Shown in pieces: positions 8,048-17,837 of a stretch of DNA of 31,184 bases (position 1 is its first letter; each line of letters opens with the position of its first letter). Under the pieces are notes generated by a model. The model searched no databases. It worked only from the letters and a program-made list of their open reading frames with translations, and was not told the origin of the DNA. Source of the stretch: Candidatus Micrarchaeia archaeon (GTDB taxonomy: Archaea > Micrarchaeota > Micrarchaeia > CAILAH01); assembly GCA_038874595.1 (NCBI GenBank), contig JAVZCB010000003.1, forward strand, positions 123,342 through 154,525. Reading direction: 5' to 3'. The position numbers were made by a program, and so were the translations under genes.

Positions 8048-9001
8048 ATGGAAATGAAAGCGATGATAGATTCATTCAGCAGCCAGCTCATTGAAGGGTG
8101 GGAGCACGCCCGCAACATCCAGCTCGGCCACGGTATTGTTGATTACGCTAATGTGATAGGTATGGGAGGGAGTGCACTCCCTGGCGATTTCCTGCGCGCA
8201 TATTCCGATAAGGCGTTTATTAATGTGAGCAGGGATTACGACCTGCAGCCACTCCCCCAAGGCGCACTTAACATATGCATCTCATACTCTGGGAACACAG
8301 AGGAAACCGTGAGCGCGTTCGAATCACTAATCAACAGGAAACTGCCGTGCGTAGCGATTGCAAGTGGCGGTACCTTGCTCGACCTTGCGCGTGTCCACGA
8401 TATCCCGCACGTTGAGGTGCGGAAAGACCTAGTACCGCGCCTTGCACTCCCGTTGTTATCATCAGTGCTGCTCTCCATATGTGAGCGCGCACGCATACTT
8501 AACGTACGCGAAGATGAGATTACCGAGGCGGCCCGCATGCTCAAATCCGCAAACACATCAGAGCTTGGCAAGGGCCTCTCGAGCGCATTTTACATGCGTA
8601 TCCCATTATTCTACGCATCTGCACGCAACGAGATAATCGCAAAGGCAGGCAAGATAGCACTTAACGAGAACTCAAAGACCCAGGCGTTCTATAACGTAAT
8701 CCCGGAGATGAACCATAACGAGATGAACGGGTTTGATATCCTGAACGGCCAGTTCACTGCCGTGTTCATTTACGATAATGATGACAACCCGCGAAACGAG
8801 AAAAGGATGCGGCTGACACAGCAGGTACTGAACGACCACGGTGTCCCCACAATGGAATTTAAGCTTCCTGAGGAGAACCGCATATTCAAGATATTATATG
8901 CAATCCAGACCTTCTATTGGGCATCATACTACCTGGCAAACAGGTATAACGTTGACCCGGTAAGCGTGCCGGTGGTTGAGCAGTTCAAGAAACAGCTATG
9001 A
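8048..9001 (+). CDS. Bifunctional phosphoglucose/phosphomannose isomerase
   Basis: GMGGSA, SYSGNTEET, SGG, NENSK and PEMNHNE motifs of SIS-fold PGI/PMI. Confidence 0.95.
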   Translation: MEMKAMIDSFSSQLIEGWEHARNIQLGHGIVDYANVIGMGGSALPGDFLRAYSDKAFINVSRDYDLQPLPQGALNICISYSGNTEETVSAFESLINRKLPCVAIASGGTLLDLARVHDIPHVEVRKDLVPRLALPLLSSVLLSICERARILNVREDEITEAARMLKSANTSELGKGLSSAFYMRIPLFYASARNEIIAKAGKIALNENSKTQAFYNVIPEMNHNEMNGFDILNGQFTAVFIYDNDDNPRNEKRMRLTQQVLNDHGVPTMEFKLPEENRIFKILYAIQTFYWASYYLANRYNVDPVSVPVVEQFKKQL

Positions 9002-9030
9002 TATTTGTATAGTTAAGTGAAAAAGATAGG

Positions 9031-9062
9031 CATCAACTACTTTAGTTGGTTTTTTGTTTTAT
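9031..9062 (+). terminator. Putative terminator (hairpin plus T-tract) after pgi/pmi
   Basis: CAACTA-CTT-TAGTTG followed by GTTTTTTGTTTT. Confidence 0.45.
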
Positions 9063-9158
9063 ATGCTGGGGATACATACCTTTTCGTTTGGACTGGGATA
9101 GAGCACATAAATAGTTAAGTTCGTGTTTTTTGTTTTATAGCTTGGGATATATACCTTT
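9050..9158. repeat. Degenerate ~33-bp direct repeat pair separated by ~40 bp of unique sequence
   Basis: TTTTTTGTTTTATATGCTGGGGATACATACCTTT (9050) versus TTTTTTGTTTTATA-GCTTGGGATATATACCTTT (9126). Confidence 0.75.
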
Positions 9159-9441
9159 CACCGCAAAGAGATCTACTAACATAGTTGGCTTTTTGCCCGA
9201 AGTATCTTGTATAGCTAATTGAAATCCGCAAACTTTTTTTTTGATGAAATTTTTGGTGACCGGGCAGGGCCATTTTTAATAGTTGAAGATCAGCCTGCCC
9301 ATCTATCATCACAGCACTATATGGAAACGCACCCAGCGCGTTTTCCATTATATAAATAGTGCTCAGTGATCACCTTAACATCATCATCTCTGCCTAATTA
9401 AGACCTTGCGTGCTTAAAAACATTGTTTATAATTTATTACT

Positions 9442-9963
9442 GTGAGATGTTTCATAGCAGCCGAAGTAAGCGGGCATACACGTGATATGATAGCGAATGC
9501 TATGCGCCACACTGATAAGTATGCACTTAAGGTTGTTGGCCCCGAGCTTATGCATATCACCATCAAGTTCCTTGGTGACATCAGCGATAGCGATTTGGAG
9601 GTATGCAAGCGCGCAGTTGATGATTGCGCAGGCGCACAAATCCCAATAAAGGTTGTAGGCGGTGGTGCATTCCCTAACCCATACAGGGCCCGTGTGATTT
9701 ACGCAAGCATAACCTCCCCAGAACTGTATGCAGTGGCGGACTGCATCAGGAAACGCACGTCACAGTACGGTGATAACAAGCCGTTTGTGGGGCACTTAAC
9801 GGTTGCGCGCACACGCAACTCACCAATCAACGCAACAGGCATTATTGAGCGGCTGAACACTATCAGGACGGAAGATACAATCTCAAAAATCAGCATTAAG
9901 AAGAGCACGCTCACGCCATCAGGCCCTATTTACGAGGATATACACACAAAAATTTTGGGATAA
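9442..9963 (+). CDS. thpR: RNA 2',3'-cyclic phosphodiesterase (2'-5' RNA ligase family)
   Basis: MRCFIA start, two 2H motifs (HITIKFLG, HLTVAR), GAFP and STLTPSGPIY. Confidence 0.95.
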   Translation: MRCFIAAEVSGHTRDMIANAMRHTDKYALKVVGPELMHITIKFLGDISDSDLEVCKRAVDDCAGAQIPIKVVGGGAFPNPYRARVIYASITSPELYAVADCIRKRTSQYGDNKPFVGHLTVARTRNSPINATGIIERLNTIRTEDTISKISIKKSTLTPSGPIYEDIHTKILG

Positions 9964-10093
9964 GCAAAATTGAGCGGCTGAACACTATCAGGACGGAAGA
10001 TACAATCTCAAAAATCAGCATTAAGAAGAGCACGCTCACGCCATCAGGCCCTATTTACGAGGATATACACACAAAAATTTTGGGATAAGCAAA
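9844..10093 (+). repeat. Perfect 125-bp tandem duplication of the thpR 3' end, including its stop codon
   Basis: ATTGAGCGGCTG...TTTTGGGATAAGCAAA at 9844-9968 and 9969-10093. Confidence 0.95.
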
Positions 10094-10109
10094 AACTTCT
10101 CAGTAATCA

Positions 10110-10727
10110 TTAGTGCGACCCGATTGCTTGCTGTTGGCCGGGTGCATTATTATCTATTGGAGGCGTATCATCGAGTATGAGCACCGCAGCAGCAACCACA
10201 GTCGTCCATAACCCGTTCTTATCAACGATGGCGGACTGTGTAATGTTACTGGTGCGCACAATTTTCCCACTCATCTTAAACAGCTTCTCCTTATCATCCC
10301 AGCTCTGGTCGGCATCAAACTCAAGCCCGAGCGTCGATGCAAGGAACGTTGCTGCAAGGTCCTCTGCATAATCACCAGCCTTCTCCTCAGTCTCACCGAA
10401 CGAGTGGTGCTCGCTCAGGTACCCGTGCAAGCTCCTATCAGCAGGCACGGCAACGCCCACTGATGCGGCCAGCAGTCTGTTAGGCTCATTTGACGAGTTC
10501 CTGCTCATCACAACGAATGTGATTTCACCAGGCTTGACATATTTCAGGCCCTTCTCACGCGGTATTATCTCCGCATATGGCGGCAGTATGCTTGACACCG
10601 TTACGAGGTTTGCCTTCTCAATCCCCGCATCACGCAACGCAATCTCAAACGAGCCGAGCTGGTGCTTATGCCTCCCGACCCCTTTGGTAAGAAACACTTT
10701 CTTGGGTACAAAATTCATCCCGTTCAT
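10110..10727 (-). CDS. pdaD: Pyruvoyl-dependent arginine decarboxylase
   Basis: [35 protein letters not shown] self-cleavage site, [16 protein letters not shown]. Confidence 0.95.
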   Translation of the reverse strand: MNGMNFVPKKVFLTKGVGRHKHQLGSFEIALRDAGIEKANLVTVSSILPPYAEIIPREKGLKYVKPGEITFVVMSRNSSNEPNRLLAASVGVAVPADRSLHGYLSEHHSFGETEEKAGDYAEDLAATFLASTLGLEFDADQSWDDKEKLFKMSGKIVRTSNITQSAIVDKNGLWTTVVAAAVLILDDTPPIDNNAPGQQQAIGSH

Positions 10728-10803
10728 TCAACACACGACCGGTTTTCTCTTTTGGTTTTTTTATGTGTGTAATATTTTAATACGTTTTCCCTCACAGCAG
10801 AGT

Positions 10804-11829
10804 TCACAGCCATTTACTCATCTTTGACTGCCCATACTTCTCATCTTTTGCTTTCAGATATGCATCAATAGAGTTCCCTATGCGCTCAGTAGAGAACCCG
10901 TGGTTATCGCACATTATCCGCATTACCTTTTGCTTATCCATATTCCCGAAACTAACCTGTACATCATCAACATCAGGGTGCATAAAGAACTCCTCAATCT
11001 CCTCCCATAAAGATAACTCCTCCTGCGCATTTGATTTTGCGTGCACCTCTTTCAGAGATGTGCATTCCTTAACAAGCTTCAGCCCTTTCTTGGGCCCGAT
11101 ATTCCTCACACCATCATTGAAATCCGTACCGGTGAGCAGGCCTATCCATACAAGCTGCTGCCGCGTAATCCCGAGCGTATCCAGTGTTTCTTTGAGGCTT
11201 ATCACCTCCGGGAACACATCAACAAACCTGCCCCTGCCAGGCAGCTTCCGTTTACCACTAACAGTAATATTCCTGAGCAGGAGCGGTGACCCGAACAAGA
11301 GCGAATCATAATCCTGCGACGCAGCATAATCCGCCTTCCCTTTGCTTACCAGGTATGCTGCCTCAGCTTCACCCTCACTTCTTGCCTGGACGTATGGGAT
11401 TCCCATCGCATCAAGCAGCTCCTTGCACTCATCAACCATCTCAGGTGTGAGCGAGCTGGTCGCCTGCGCAAACTTCTTTGCGTCATCAAGCCTGCCTTCC
11501 TTGAGTGCCTCCTCCCATCTTCTCCTGGCATCCTCCTTAACGCTGCGCCTATCCTCTATCGTCTTTGACTTCCACGTTGGCGGCTTGCCATCAAATACGT
11601 ATATCAACCTGATATCCTGCTCAAGCAGGTTAATATTCCTGTAAAAAAGCCCAGATAGATGGCTGGTGATACGCCCCTGCGCATCAAGCAGCGGTGTGCC
11701 ATCCCTCTGCCGTATTATTGATAGGAACTGGTAAATAGTATTGAACGCATCAACCGCAACCACTTTGCCTGCAAGCTCACTGAACTCAATACGCCTCTTC
11801 ACTGCAAGCCCGCCAAGGTCAACCCCCAC
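10804..11829 (-). CDS. fen: Flap endonuclease 1
   Basis: MGVDL start (GTG 11829), DAFNTIYQFLSIIRQRDGTPL, SEGEAEAA, SQDYDSLLFG, GTDFN and PIP box QSKMSKWL. Confidence 0.97.
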   Translation of the reverse strand: MGVDLGGLAVKRRIEFSELAGKVVAVDAFNTIYQFLSIIRQRDGTPLLDAQGRITSHLSGLFYRNINLLEQDIRLIYVFDGKPPTWKSKTIEDRRSVKEDARRRWEEALKEGRLDDAKKFAQATSSLTPEMVDECKELLDAMGIPYVQARSEGEAEAAYLVSKGKADYAASQDYDSLLFGSPLLLRNITVSGKRKLPGRGRFVDVFPEVISLKETLDTLGITRQQLVWIGLLTGTDFNDGVRNIGPKKGLKLVKECTSLKEVHAKSNAQEELSLWEEIEEFFMHPDVDDVQVSFGNMDKQKVMRIMCDNHGFSTERIGNSIDAYLKAKDEKYGQSKMSKWL

Positions 11830-11842
11830 AAAATACCCCCCA

Positions 11843-12256
11843 TTACTTCTCATCAGGCACTTCGGTTATCTTAACGTTCAGTGCCTTCTCGAGCTTTTTT
11901 GCCAGCTTAAGCGTTGGTAACGTATCCCCATGCACCACCCTTTTCAGGTACGATTCATTCTCATCAATGCTCCGTGCAAGCTGGCCATATGATATTCCTA
12001 TCCGGCTTATCTGCTTTTGCAATATCTCAGCATAATCCTCAACAATCTCCTCACGAGAAGATTCAAGCGCAGCTTTTTTATTCTCCTTTTTCATACCAAT
12101 ATGTGCATCCCCAGATTTCTGTCTTGCAATCGTGGTTGTAGAGCTCTCAACAATCTTGCCAAGCTTCGCACAGTCCATACACACTTCCAGCCTTACACCT
12201 TCTATGATTGCAGTCTTTACGGCTTTCTTTGCACCGCAAACTTCACAGTCACTCAT
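11843..12256 (-). CDS. Archaeal multiprotein bridging factor 1 (Zn-ribbon plus HTH)
   Basis: CEVCG...IEGVRLEVCMDCAKLG, EIVEDYAE, C-terminal HTH ending LAKKLEKALNVKI. Confidence 0.92.
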   Translation of the reverse strand: MSDCEVCGAKKAVKTAIIEGVRLEVCMDCAKLGKIVESSTTTIARQKSGDAHIGMKKENKKAALESSREEIVEDYAEILQKQISRIGISYGQLARSIDENESYLKRVVHGDTLPTLKLAKKLEKALNVKITEVPDEK

Positions 12257-12300
12257 CTTCCCACCTATACATCCTAATATTTTCCCGCAAGCTTATAATA

Positions 12301-13680
12301 ATGCCTTTGCTAATATCACCAATGCAAGGCATAGTTGTTTTAATCGCGGTTGTGGGTGCATTCCTCACGATACTTTCTCTTCCATTATCTGATATCCACA
12401 AGTTCTTTGCGGAACTCATCCTGCTCGGTGCTTACGGATACTATCTGCACAAGAGATACAAGATAGAGTACTACTATGGCATGCTGATGCTTAAGACGCG
12501 TGAAGGCCTCGGGGAGATTGATAAGATTTCAAAGAACACGCGAGTATGGCAGCATATCATTGATGCAGGCACGGTGCTTTCTTACGGTGCACTGACCCTG
12601 CTCTTGTTCAAGCACGTGCGGGTGCGCGATTTCATTATAGGTATGGCCACACTCCTTATTGTAACCGTGCTCCTGCTGCCAAACCTATACCCGGTTGCAC
12701 TCTCAGTAATAGGCCTACCTTATGAAGGTGTGAGCAAGCCGCTCTCATCATCAGGGGGTGCAGAGCTCACAATCCCTCTACTGCTAATAGGGATTATGCT
12801 CACCGGCCTTGCAACAGTGATAACACTCGGTCTCATTTACCAGGCAATCATAACCCTGATTGGATTATACATGAACTTTTTCGGTGGTACATCAACAGTT
12901 GTACAACCGGGCGCATACCTCATACTCCCAGGGATAAACATACCTTTCATTGAAGGCGTGATTGCACTCCTCCTGCTACTATTCGTGCACGAGCTTGCGC
13001 ACGCCGTCTTATCACGTGTAGCCCGTATCCCGCTCAAATCTGCAGGTATCCTGCTTTTCGGGTTCATACCGATTGGCGCATTCGTCGACCCGGATGAGAA
13101 GATGCTTCTCAAAAAGCCAAAATCAGACCAGACACGCGTTATCGTGGCAGGTTCAGTGGCGAACTATGCACTCTCAATCGCCTCGTTTGCAATGCTGACA
13201 CTGCTCATCTCACTACCGCTCGATGCATACGATACAGGCCTTAACGTGATTGCTGCAAAGGACGGCCTGCCGATACAGAAAGGTGATGTGATTTTTGCAA
13301 TCAATGGTGTTGAGATGTCCTCCTATATCACATACCAGAACTATCGTTTAGGGATTCAGCCAAACTCAACACTTATCCTAACCACGCAGCGCGGTGATAT
13401 TGAAGTCCAGACCGATGAGAACGGTATGATAGGAGTACTGCTGCAACCACGTGTAAAATCCTCTTTTGGTTGGTATACATTCCTACGTGACCTGTTCGCC
13501 CTCCTGTTCACATTAAACTTCTTTGTTGGCTCATTCAATCTCCTGCCGGTACCTCTGTTTGATGGGTACCGCCTGCTTGAGCTCGGCCTTGACAAGAAAT
13601 GGGCATTCCTGCTTAAAGCGGTTACAATACTCTCAACAGCCTCACTGGTTGTAGCCCTGCTCCCATGGCTGCTGAGATAG
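12301..13680 (+). CDS. Site-2 (M50) membrane metalloprotease with PDZ-like insert
   Basis: HELAH, GAFVDPDE, AGSVAN and NLLPVPLFDG motifs; many TM segments; GDVIFAING PDZ-like stretch. Start uncertain. Confidence 0.93.
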   Translation: MPLLISPMQGIVVLIAVVGAFLTILSLPLSDIHKFFAELILLGAYGYYLHKRYKIEYYYGMLMLKTREGLGEIDKISKNTRVWQHIIDAGTVLSYGALTLLLFKHVRVRDFIIGMATLLIVTVLLLPNLYPVALSVIGLPYEGVSKPLSSSGGAELTIPLLLIGIMLTGLATVITLGLIYQAIITLIGLYMNFFGGTSTVVQPGAYLILPGINIPFIEGVIALLLLLFVHELAHAVLSRVARIPLKSAGILLFGFIPIGAFVDPDEKMLLKKPKSDQTRVIVAGSVANYALSIASFAMLTLLISLPLDAYDTGLNVIAAKDGLPIQKGDVIFAINGVEMSSYITYQNYRLGIQPNSTLILTTQRGDIEVQTDENGMIGVLLQPRVKSSFGWYTFLRDLFALLFTLNFFVGSFNLLPVPLFDGYRLLELGLDKKWAFLLKAVTILSTASLVVALLPWLLR

Positions 13681-13711
13681 GTTTTTATTTAATCCAGGAG
13701 ATATTGGGTTA

Positions 13712-14089
13712 ATGTTCATTTCCACACTCATAGGCTCAAAAAGAATTGCTAAAGTGCACTCAATCATAGGCAACATCCCAAAACAGATACGTGACGAGCT
13801 CGAGGACGCAGTAATAATTTATAGGGGTATTGTGAGCACGAGCGGGGCAATGGGCGACCTGCTGGTCCGCAAGAAAGGGCATAGGATATGCAACATTGTA
13901 TGGAAAGAGGGGTACGGCGAGGTCCGCGAAATGGAGCCCGATATGCTCGATGACCTCATCAAGTTTTATGACAAGTTCTTCCAGGAAATGCTGGTACACC
14001 AGCCCAAGAAGACACTTGACAAGCTTGACATAATAAACCAGAAAATAGACCTAACACCAACATCGTTCAGCAAAATACGCCAGAAATAG
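13712..14089 (+). CDS. Hypothetical protein
   Basis: 125-aa ORF filling the gap between genes, with an AT-rich TATA-like box upstream; no family recognised. Confidence 0.6.
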   Translation: MFISTLIGSKRIAKVHSIIGNIPKQIRDELEDAVIIYRGIVSTSGAMGDLLVRKKGHRICNIVWKEGYGEVREMEPDMLDDLIKFYDKFFQEMLVHQPKKTLDKLDIINQKIDLTPTSFSKIRQK

Positions 14090-14127
14090 TAATCATCCAC
14101 AGCACATTTTGGTGGTTTTATATCATG

Positions 14128-15300
14128 TCATATTTTTCTTATTATGATTGCACTCTCACGTACAGGTAGCTTACCCTTGACAGGGACATCTGCATGCCTT
14201 ACACTGCCAACCCATACTTCACTCTCCATCCCGAAATCTTCCGCCATCTCTGCAAGTATTGTATCGCACTCTATATTGATACGCTGGAGCACAGTGTTAC
14301 CTACAACCATCGCACACACTGCACCGCTCCGCATTACCCTGTGGCACTCCTCAATCACCTTCAGCATGTCAGTGAAATATGCATACGCAACTGGTGGCGG
14401 CGTGCCGATATGTGCAGCCAGCTTCTCATACACGTAATCCGCCTCCATTTTCATATGTGACCCGTTCCTGCCAATGAACGAGCGCACCATATTCTGCCGT
14501 ATATCCTTTACACTGTGCTCCTTCCCAAGCAGGCTAAGCTCCATCCCATACACTTTAGTGTAATCAACATTGTTCAGGTAAGGTGGTGAAGTTATAATCC
14601 CATTTACCGAGTTATCCTGCAGGTTAAGGTGCTTTGCACTGCCGACCTCGATATTTGGCTCATCGTACACCACACCGTACCCGCGCAGGTCACGCAGCAT
14701 CATCTTGACCTTTTTCCTGAACAGCGCCTTTGCATCACCTGCCCGCTTATTCTCAATTATCTTGAGCACACCACCATCTTTTAGTACATAACTTACCTGT
14801 GGCAGGATGGAAACCAGAGCAACAAGCATAAACTCCCTTAACCGGTGGTCTTCAATCCCATCAATCTGCGCCCTCAGTGATGTTATCGCCTCTATATTCC
14901 TACGTGGGAATGCCTTCTCAGGACTGAACAGCTCAAACCCCCACTCATACCTTTCCTTATTTTTCCCGATTGCTGAGAGCATCCTCTCGCAAGTGTTTAA
15001 AGCCGCCGTAATAAAAGAATCATCATAATTCCTGCACTTAACAGTTGAAACCAGCACGGCAAGCGGGTTGGCATCCCTGCCTATACTCACTATACCTTCA
15101 TACTTGCACTCTAGCGGCACGGTGCCCGCACCAACAAATGGGTCAAGCACGGGACCACTCATCTCAAATTCTTTTATGAGCGTGCTGACCAGATGACTCG
15201 AGAACGCCTCCTTATAATAAAACCAGTTGAATATGGGCCTCTTCTTATCAGGCTGGAACGTCATGTGCAGTCCCAGCTCAGGTTTCTCAACAAACTTCAC
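14128..15300 (-). CDS. DNA amino-methyltransferase (probably N4-cytosine), orphan
   Basis: SAM-binding DPFVGAGT precedes catalytic TSPPY (alpha-type order); WFYYKEAFS N-terminal motif. Confidence 0.88.
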   Translation of the reverse strand: MKFVEKPELGLHMTFQPDKKRPIFNWFYYKEAFSSHLVSTLIKEFEMSGPVLDPFVGAGTVPLECKYEGIVSIGRDANPLAVLVSTVKCRNYDDSFITAALNTCERMLSAIGKNKERYEWGFELFSPEKAFPRRNIEAITSLRAQIDGIEDHRLREFMLVALVSILPQVSYVLKDGGVLKIIENKRAGDAKALFRKKVKMMLRDLRGYGVVYDEPNIEVGSAKHLNLQDNSVNGIITSPPYLNNVDYTKVYGMELSLLGKEHSVKDIRQNMVRSFIGRNGSHMKMEADYVYEKLAAHIGTPPPVAYAYFTDMLKVIEECHRVMRSGAVCAMVVGNTVLQRINIECDTILAEMAEDFGMESEVWVGSVRHADVPVKGKLPVRESAIIIRKI

Positions 15301-15366
15301 AATATTCAGTTATGCGCGAATTTATTTAATTGTATATCCCTATGAGATGGCAACAGCGCTTTTGCA

Positions 15367-15903
15367 TTATTCTTTCTGAAAGTTCACCTTGAAATACTCC
15401 CTAAACTTCTGTGTTGTGCTCAGCACCCAGTTCCTTCCGTTTTTCCTCTTATTTATGAACTTCTGCTCTTCAAGCGAATGTATATGGTCATAGCATCCTG
15501 TACCAAGCGCCTTCACAACAGATGACTGTACAACACCAGTCTTACCCTCTTTCTTGGCTATGTATGCAAGCACTTTCAGCTCGCCCTTTGTCAGGTCAGT
15601 TGCCCTCGCTATACCCGCAACGACCCCAAGGTACGCATCACACACTTTCATAAAATACGTATTATCATCCGATACGATTTCAATCGCACCGCCGCGCGCA
15701 TTATACTCGCTCTTGAGCGCCTCTGCACACTCCTTAACATCTGCAACCGTGCCAATCCCAACCATCTTGGCAATCGTTTTGATGTGCATCGGTTCAGTTG
15801 ACATAAACAGTATCGCTTCAACACGCCTTTTTATCTCTTCAGTTTGCTTATTGCTGGTTTGCGCAATTTCATTTGTGGTATGCACTTCTGCAGCAGTATC
15901 CAT
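15367..15903 (-). CDS. scpB: Segregation and condensation protein B
   Basis: VEAILFMSTEP, LKSEYNARGGAIEI, LKVLAYIA, TTQKFREYF. Confidence 0.92.
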   Translation of the reverse strand: MDTAAEVHTTNEIAQTSNKQTEEIKRRVEAILFMSTEPMHIKTIAKMVGIGTVADVKECAEALKSEYNARGGAIEIVSDDNTYFMKVCDAYLGVVAGIARATDLTKGELKVLAYIAKKEGKTGVVQSSVVKALGTGCYDHIHSLEEQKFINKRKNGRNWVLSTTQKFREYFKVNFQKE

Positions 15904-15982
15904 AAGCTCTCTTTAAGAAGGCAAAATATTAAAATGAGCAAGCACGATGGATTACAAAAAACAACTTACCTGTATTTTGTGC

Positions 15983-16501
15983 TCAGACCGCACCATGCAT
16001 AAAGAGCAGCTGTATCATCTCGTTATCTTCATTTTCTTTTGCCCACGTAAGTGCCGTCCAGCCGTATGATGACTTCTCATTAACTTTCGCGTTGTTCCTT
16101 AAAAGCAGTTCTGCGATCTTCACGTTCCTCAGCTCGGCAGCGACCATTAGTGCAGTCTGCCCATACTTATCCTTTAAATTCACGTTCGCACCGTGCAGTA
16201 TAAGAAGCGTTGCAATCTCAAGGTTCTCCTCATAAACTGCCCACATCAGTGCAGTCTTGTGCTCCTTATCCTTCGCGTTCGGGTTCGCACCCCTCTCAAG
16301 CAGCCGCTTCACTTTTTTAAACTCGCCATTCCTGCACGCGTCAATCAGCATTGAATCAAGCAACTCCTGCTGCCTGGCCCTAACCCTGCGTGCTGCAATG
16401 GGCATAGGCTCATACATATCAATTAGGCTAACCTTAATAAAACCACCGCCTTTTGGCCGAGCTTGTGCCTTTGCCTTTTCCTCATTTTTTGAGATTGTCA
16501 T
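15983..16501 (-). CDS. Ankyrin repeat protein (~4 repeats)
   Basis: LLERGANPNAKDKEHKTALMWA, GANVNLKDKYGQTALMVAA, GWTALTWA. Confidence 0.93.
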   Translation of the reverse strand: MTISKNEEKAKAQARPKGGGFIKVSLIDMYEPMPIAARRVRARQQELLDSMLIDACRNGEFKKVKRLLERGANPNAKDKEHKTALMWAVYEENLEIATLLILHGANVNLKDKYGQTALMVAAELRNVKIAELLLRNNAKVNEKSSYGWTALTWAKENEDNEMIQLLFMHGAV

Positions 16502-16553
16502 ATAACCCCCTATACCACACACGGACCGAAAAAATCAATTAATTACAGGCAGA

Positions 16554-17027
16554 TTACCTGTTAAGCTCATCACCGGCATACAGGAACTGCCTGCTGTTAA
16601 GCTCGTAATTAAACAGCTCATCTTCCTTAAAGAAAAGCGATATCTCGCGCTTGGCAGTCTCAACAGAATCGGATGCGTGTATGATGTTCCTGCTGGTGCT
16701 TACTGCAAAATCACCACGTATCGTCCCGGGCGCTGCCTTGTTTGCATCAGTTACACCGCACATATTCCTCATAACTTCAACGGCGTTCCTGCCCTCAACT
16801 GCACCCACAATAACAGGTGATGCACTCATAAACCCTACAAGGTCAGGGAAGAACGGTTTAGATGCAAGGTGCGCATAATGCTTCTCAAGGATCTCCTTGT
16901 TGAGCCACATCATTTTAAGGCCAACTATCTTAAGCCCCTTCTCCTCAATGCGCGATAATACCTTCCCGCAAAGCCCCCTGTTGACTGCATCCGGTTTTAA
17001 TATGATGAGCGTTCTCTCAACTGGCAT
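16554..17027 (-). CDS. ndk: Nucleoside diphosphate kinase
   Basis: ERTLIILKPDAV, PGTIRGDFA, NIIHASDS. Confidence 0.98.
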   Translation of the reverse strand: MPVERTLIILKPDAVNRGLCGKVLSRIEEKGLKIVGLKMMWLNKEILEKHYAHLASKPFFPDLVGFMSASPVIVGAVEGRNAVEVMRNMCGVTDANKAAPGTIRGDFAVSTSRNIIHASDSVETAKREISLFFKEDELFNYELNSRQFLYAGDELNR

Positions 17028-17035
17028 ATATCCAC

Positions 17036-17242
17036 CTATTTCTTCCCAGCAGGATTGCTGCTCTCAACCTTAACTTCCGGCTGCGTCCACTTGAGCTTCC
17101 TCGGTTTCCTACCCAGCTTAAGCGAGTTCATACGGCATTTCCGCGAGCAGAATGGTAATACCTTCCCATCCTTCTTTACGTAAAGGAGGCCTGTCCCTCT
17201 CTCCATCTCAGCATTGCAAAACGAACACTTCACATAAACCAC
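17036..17242 (-). CDS. rpl24e: 50S ribosomal protein L24e
   Basis: CSFC...GTGLLYVKKDG...FCSRKC...RKPRKLKWT. Start may be GTG 17233. Confidence 0.96.
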   Translation of the reverse strand: MVYVKCSFCNAEMERGTGLLYVKKDGKVLPFCSRKCRMNSLKLGRKPRKLKWTQPEVKVESSNPAGKK

Positions 17243-17249
17243 CCTTTAT

Positions 17250-17456
17250 TTACCTCGCTTTAATCTCCTTGGCCTCTCTTTCCGACTCAAGCAGGCACAG
17301 GATATCACCTTTCTTGACAGGGCCCTTCACATTCCTCCTAATAACCCTGTTTTGGTCCTTGCCCTCAAGTATCTTGCACATTACCTGGTAAATCTCGCCG
17401 TAGACACCGGTTTTCCCGATGACCTCAACGACTTCAGCGTGAACAACGTCTCCCAT
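17250..17456 (-). CDS. rps28e: 30S ribosomal protein S28e
   Basis: [11 protein letters not shown]...[26 protein letters not shown]. Confidence 0.97.
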   Translation of the reverse strand: MGDVVHAEVVEVIGKTGVYGEIYQVMCKILEGKDQNRVIRRNVKGPVKKGDILCLLESEREAKEIKAR

Positions 17457-17467
17457 CTAAAAGCACC

Positions 17468-17833
17468 TTATGCTTTTTTAGGTATATGGTTGAGCAGCTC
17501 TTTAAGAAGCTCACCGCCGTTGCCAGGGTTCTCGATTGCAACTGCTGCACTCTGCACACTCATCCCTGCATACTTACCAAGCTCTTTCTTATCAGGCACG
17601 TATATGAAAGGTATCCCTTTTTCAGTGCATATGTCAGGCAGGTGCATTACAATCTCTTCTGGCTCAACATTCTCTGCTATGACTACGATTTTTGCAGTAC
17701 CGCGCTCAATCGACTTTGTGGCCTCATTCGTCCCCCTGCGCACTTTCCCCGTTGAGCTTGCTATCTGGACGAGCTCATACGCCTTCCCCGCAACTTCGGG
17801 TGCAACGCTAAATTTCACGTAGGATTTTGCCAT
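17468..17833 (-). CDS. rpl7ae: 50S ribosomal protein L7Ae
   Basis: [31 protein letters not shown]; L7Ae-S28e-L24e-ndk operon. Confidence 0.98.
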   Translation of the reverse strand: MAKSYVKFSVAPEVAGKAYELVQIASSTGKVRRGTNEATKSIERGTAKIVVIAENVEPEEIVMHLPDICTEKGIPFIYVPDKKELGKYAGMSVQSAAVAIENPGNGGELLKELLNHIPKKA

Positions 17834-17837
17834 GTTT

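Noticed and set aside
9115-9348. 77-aa minus-strand ORF
   Set aside because: It runs through degenerate repeats, a homopolymer and hairpins, and has no recognisable motif. Not supported as a gene.
9844-10093. Template/variable repeat pair of a diversity-generating retroelement
   Set aside because: The copies are identical (no adenine-specific changes), directly tandem, and no reverse transcriptase is present.
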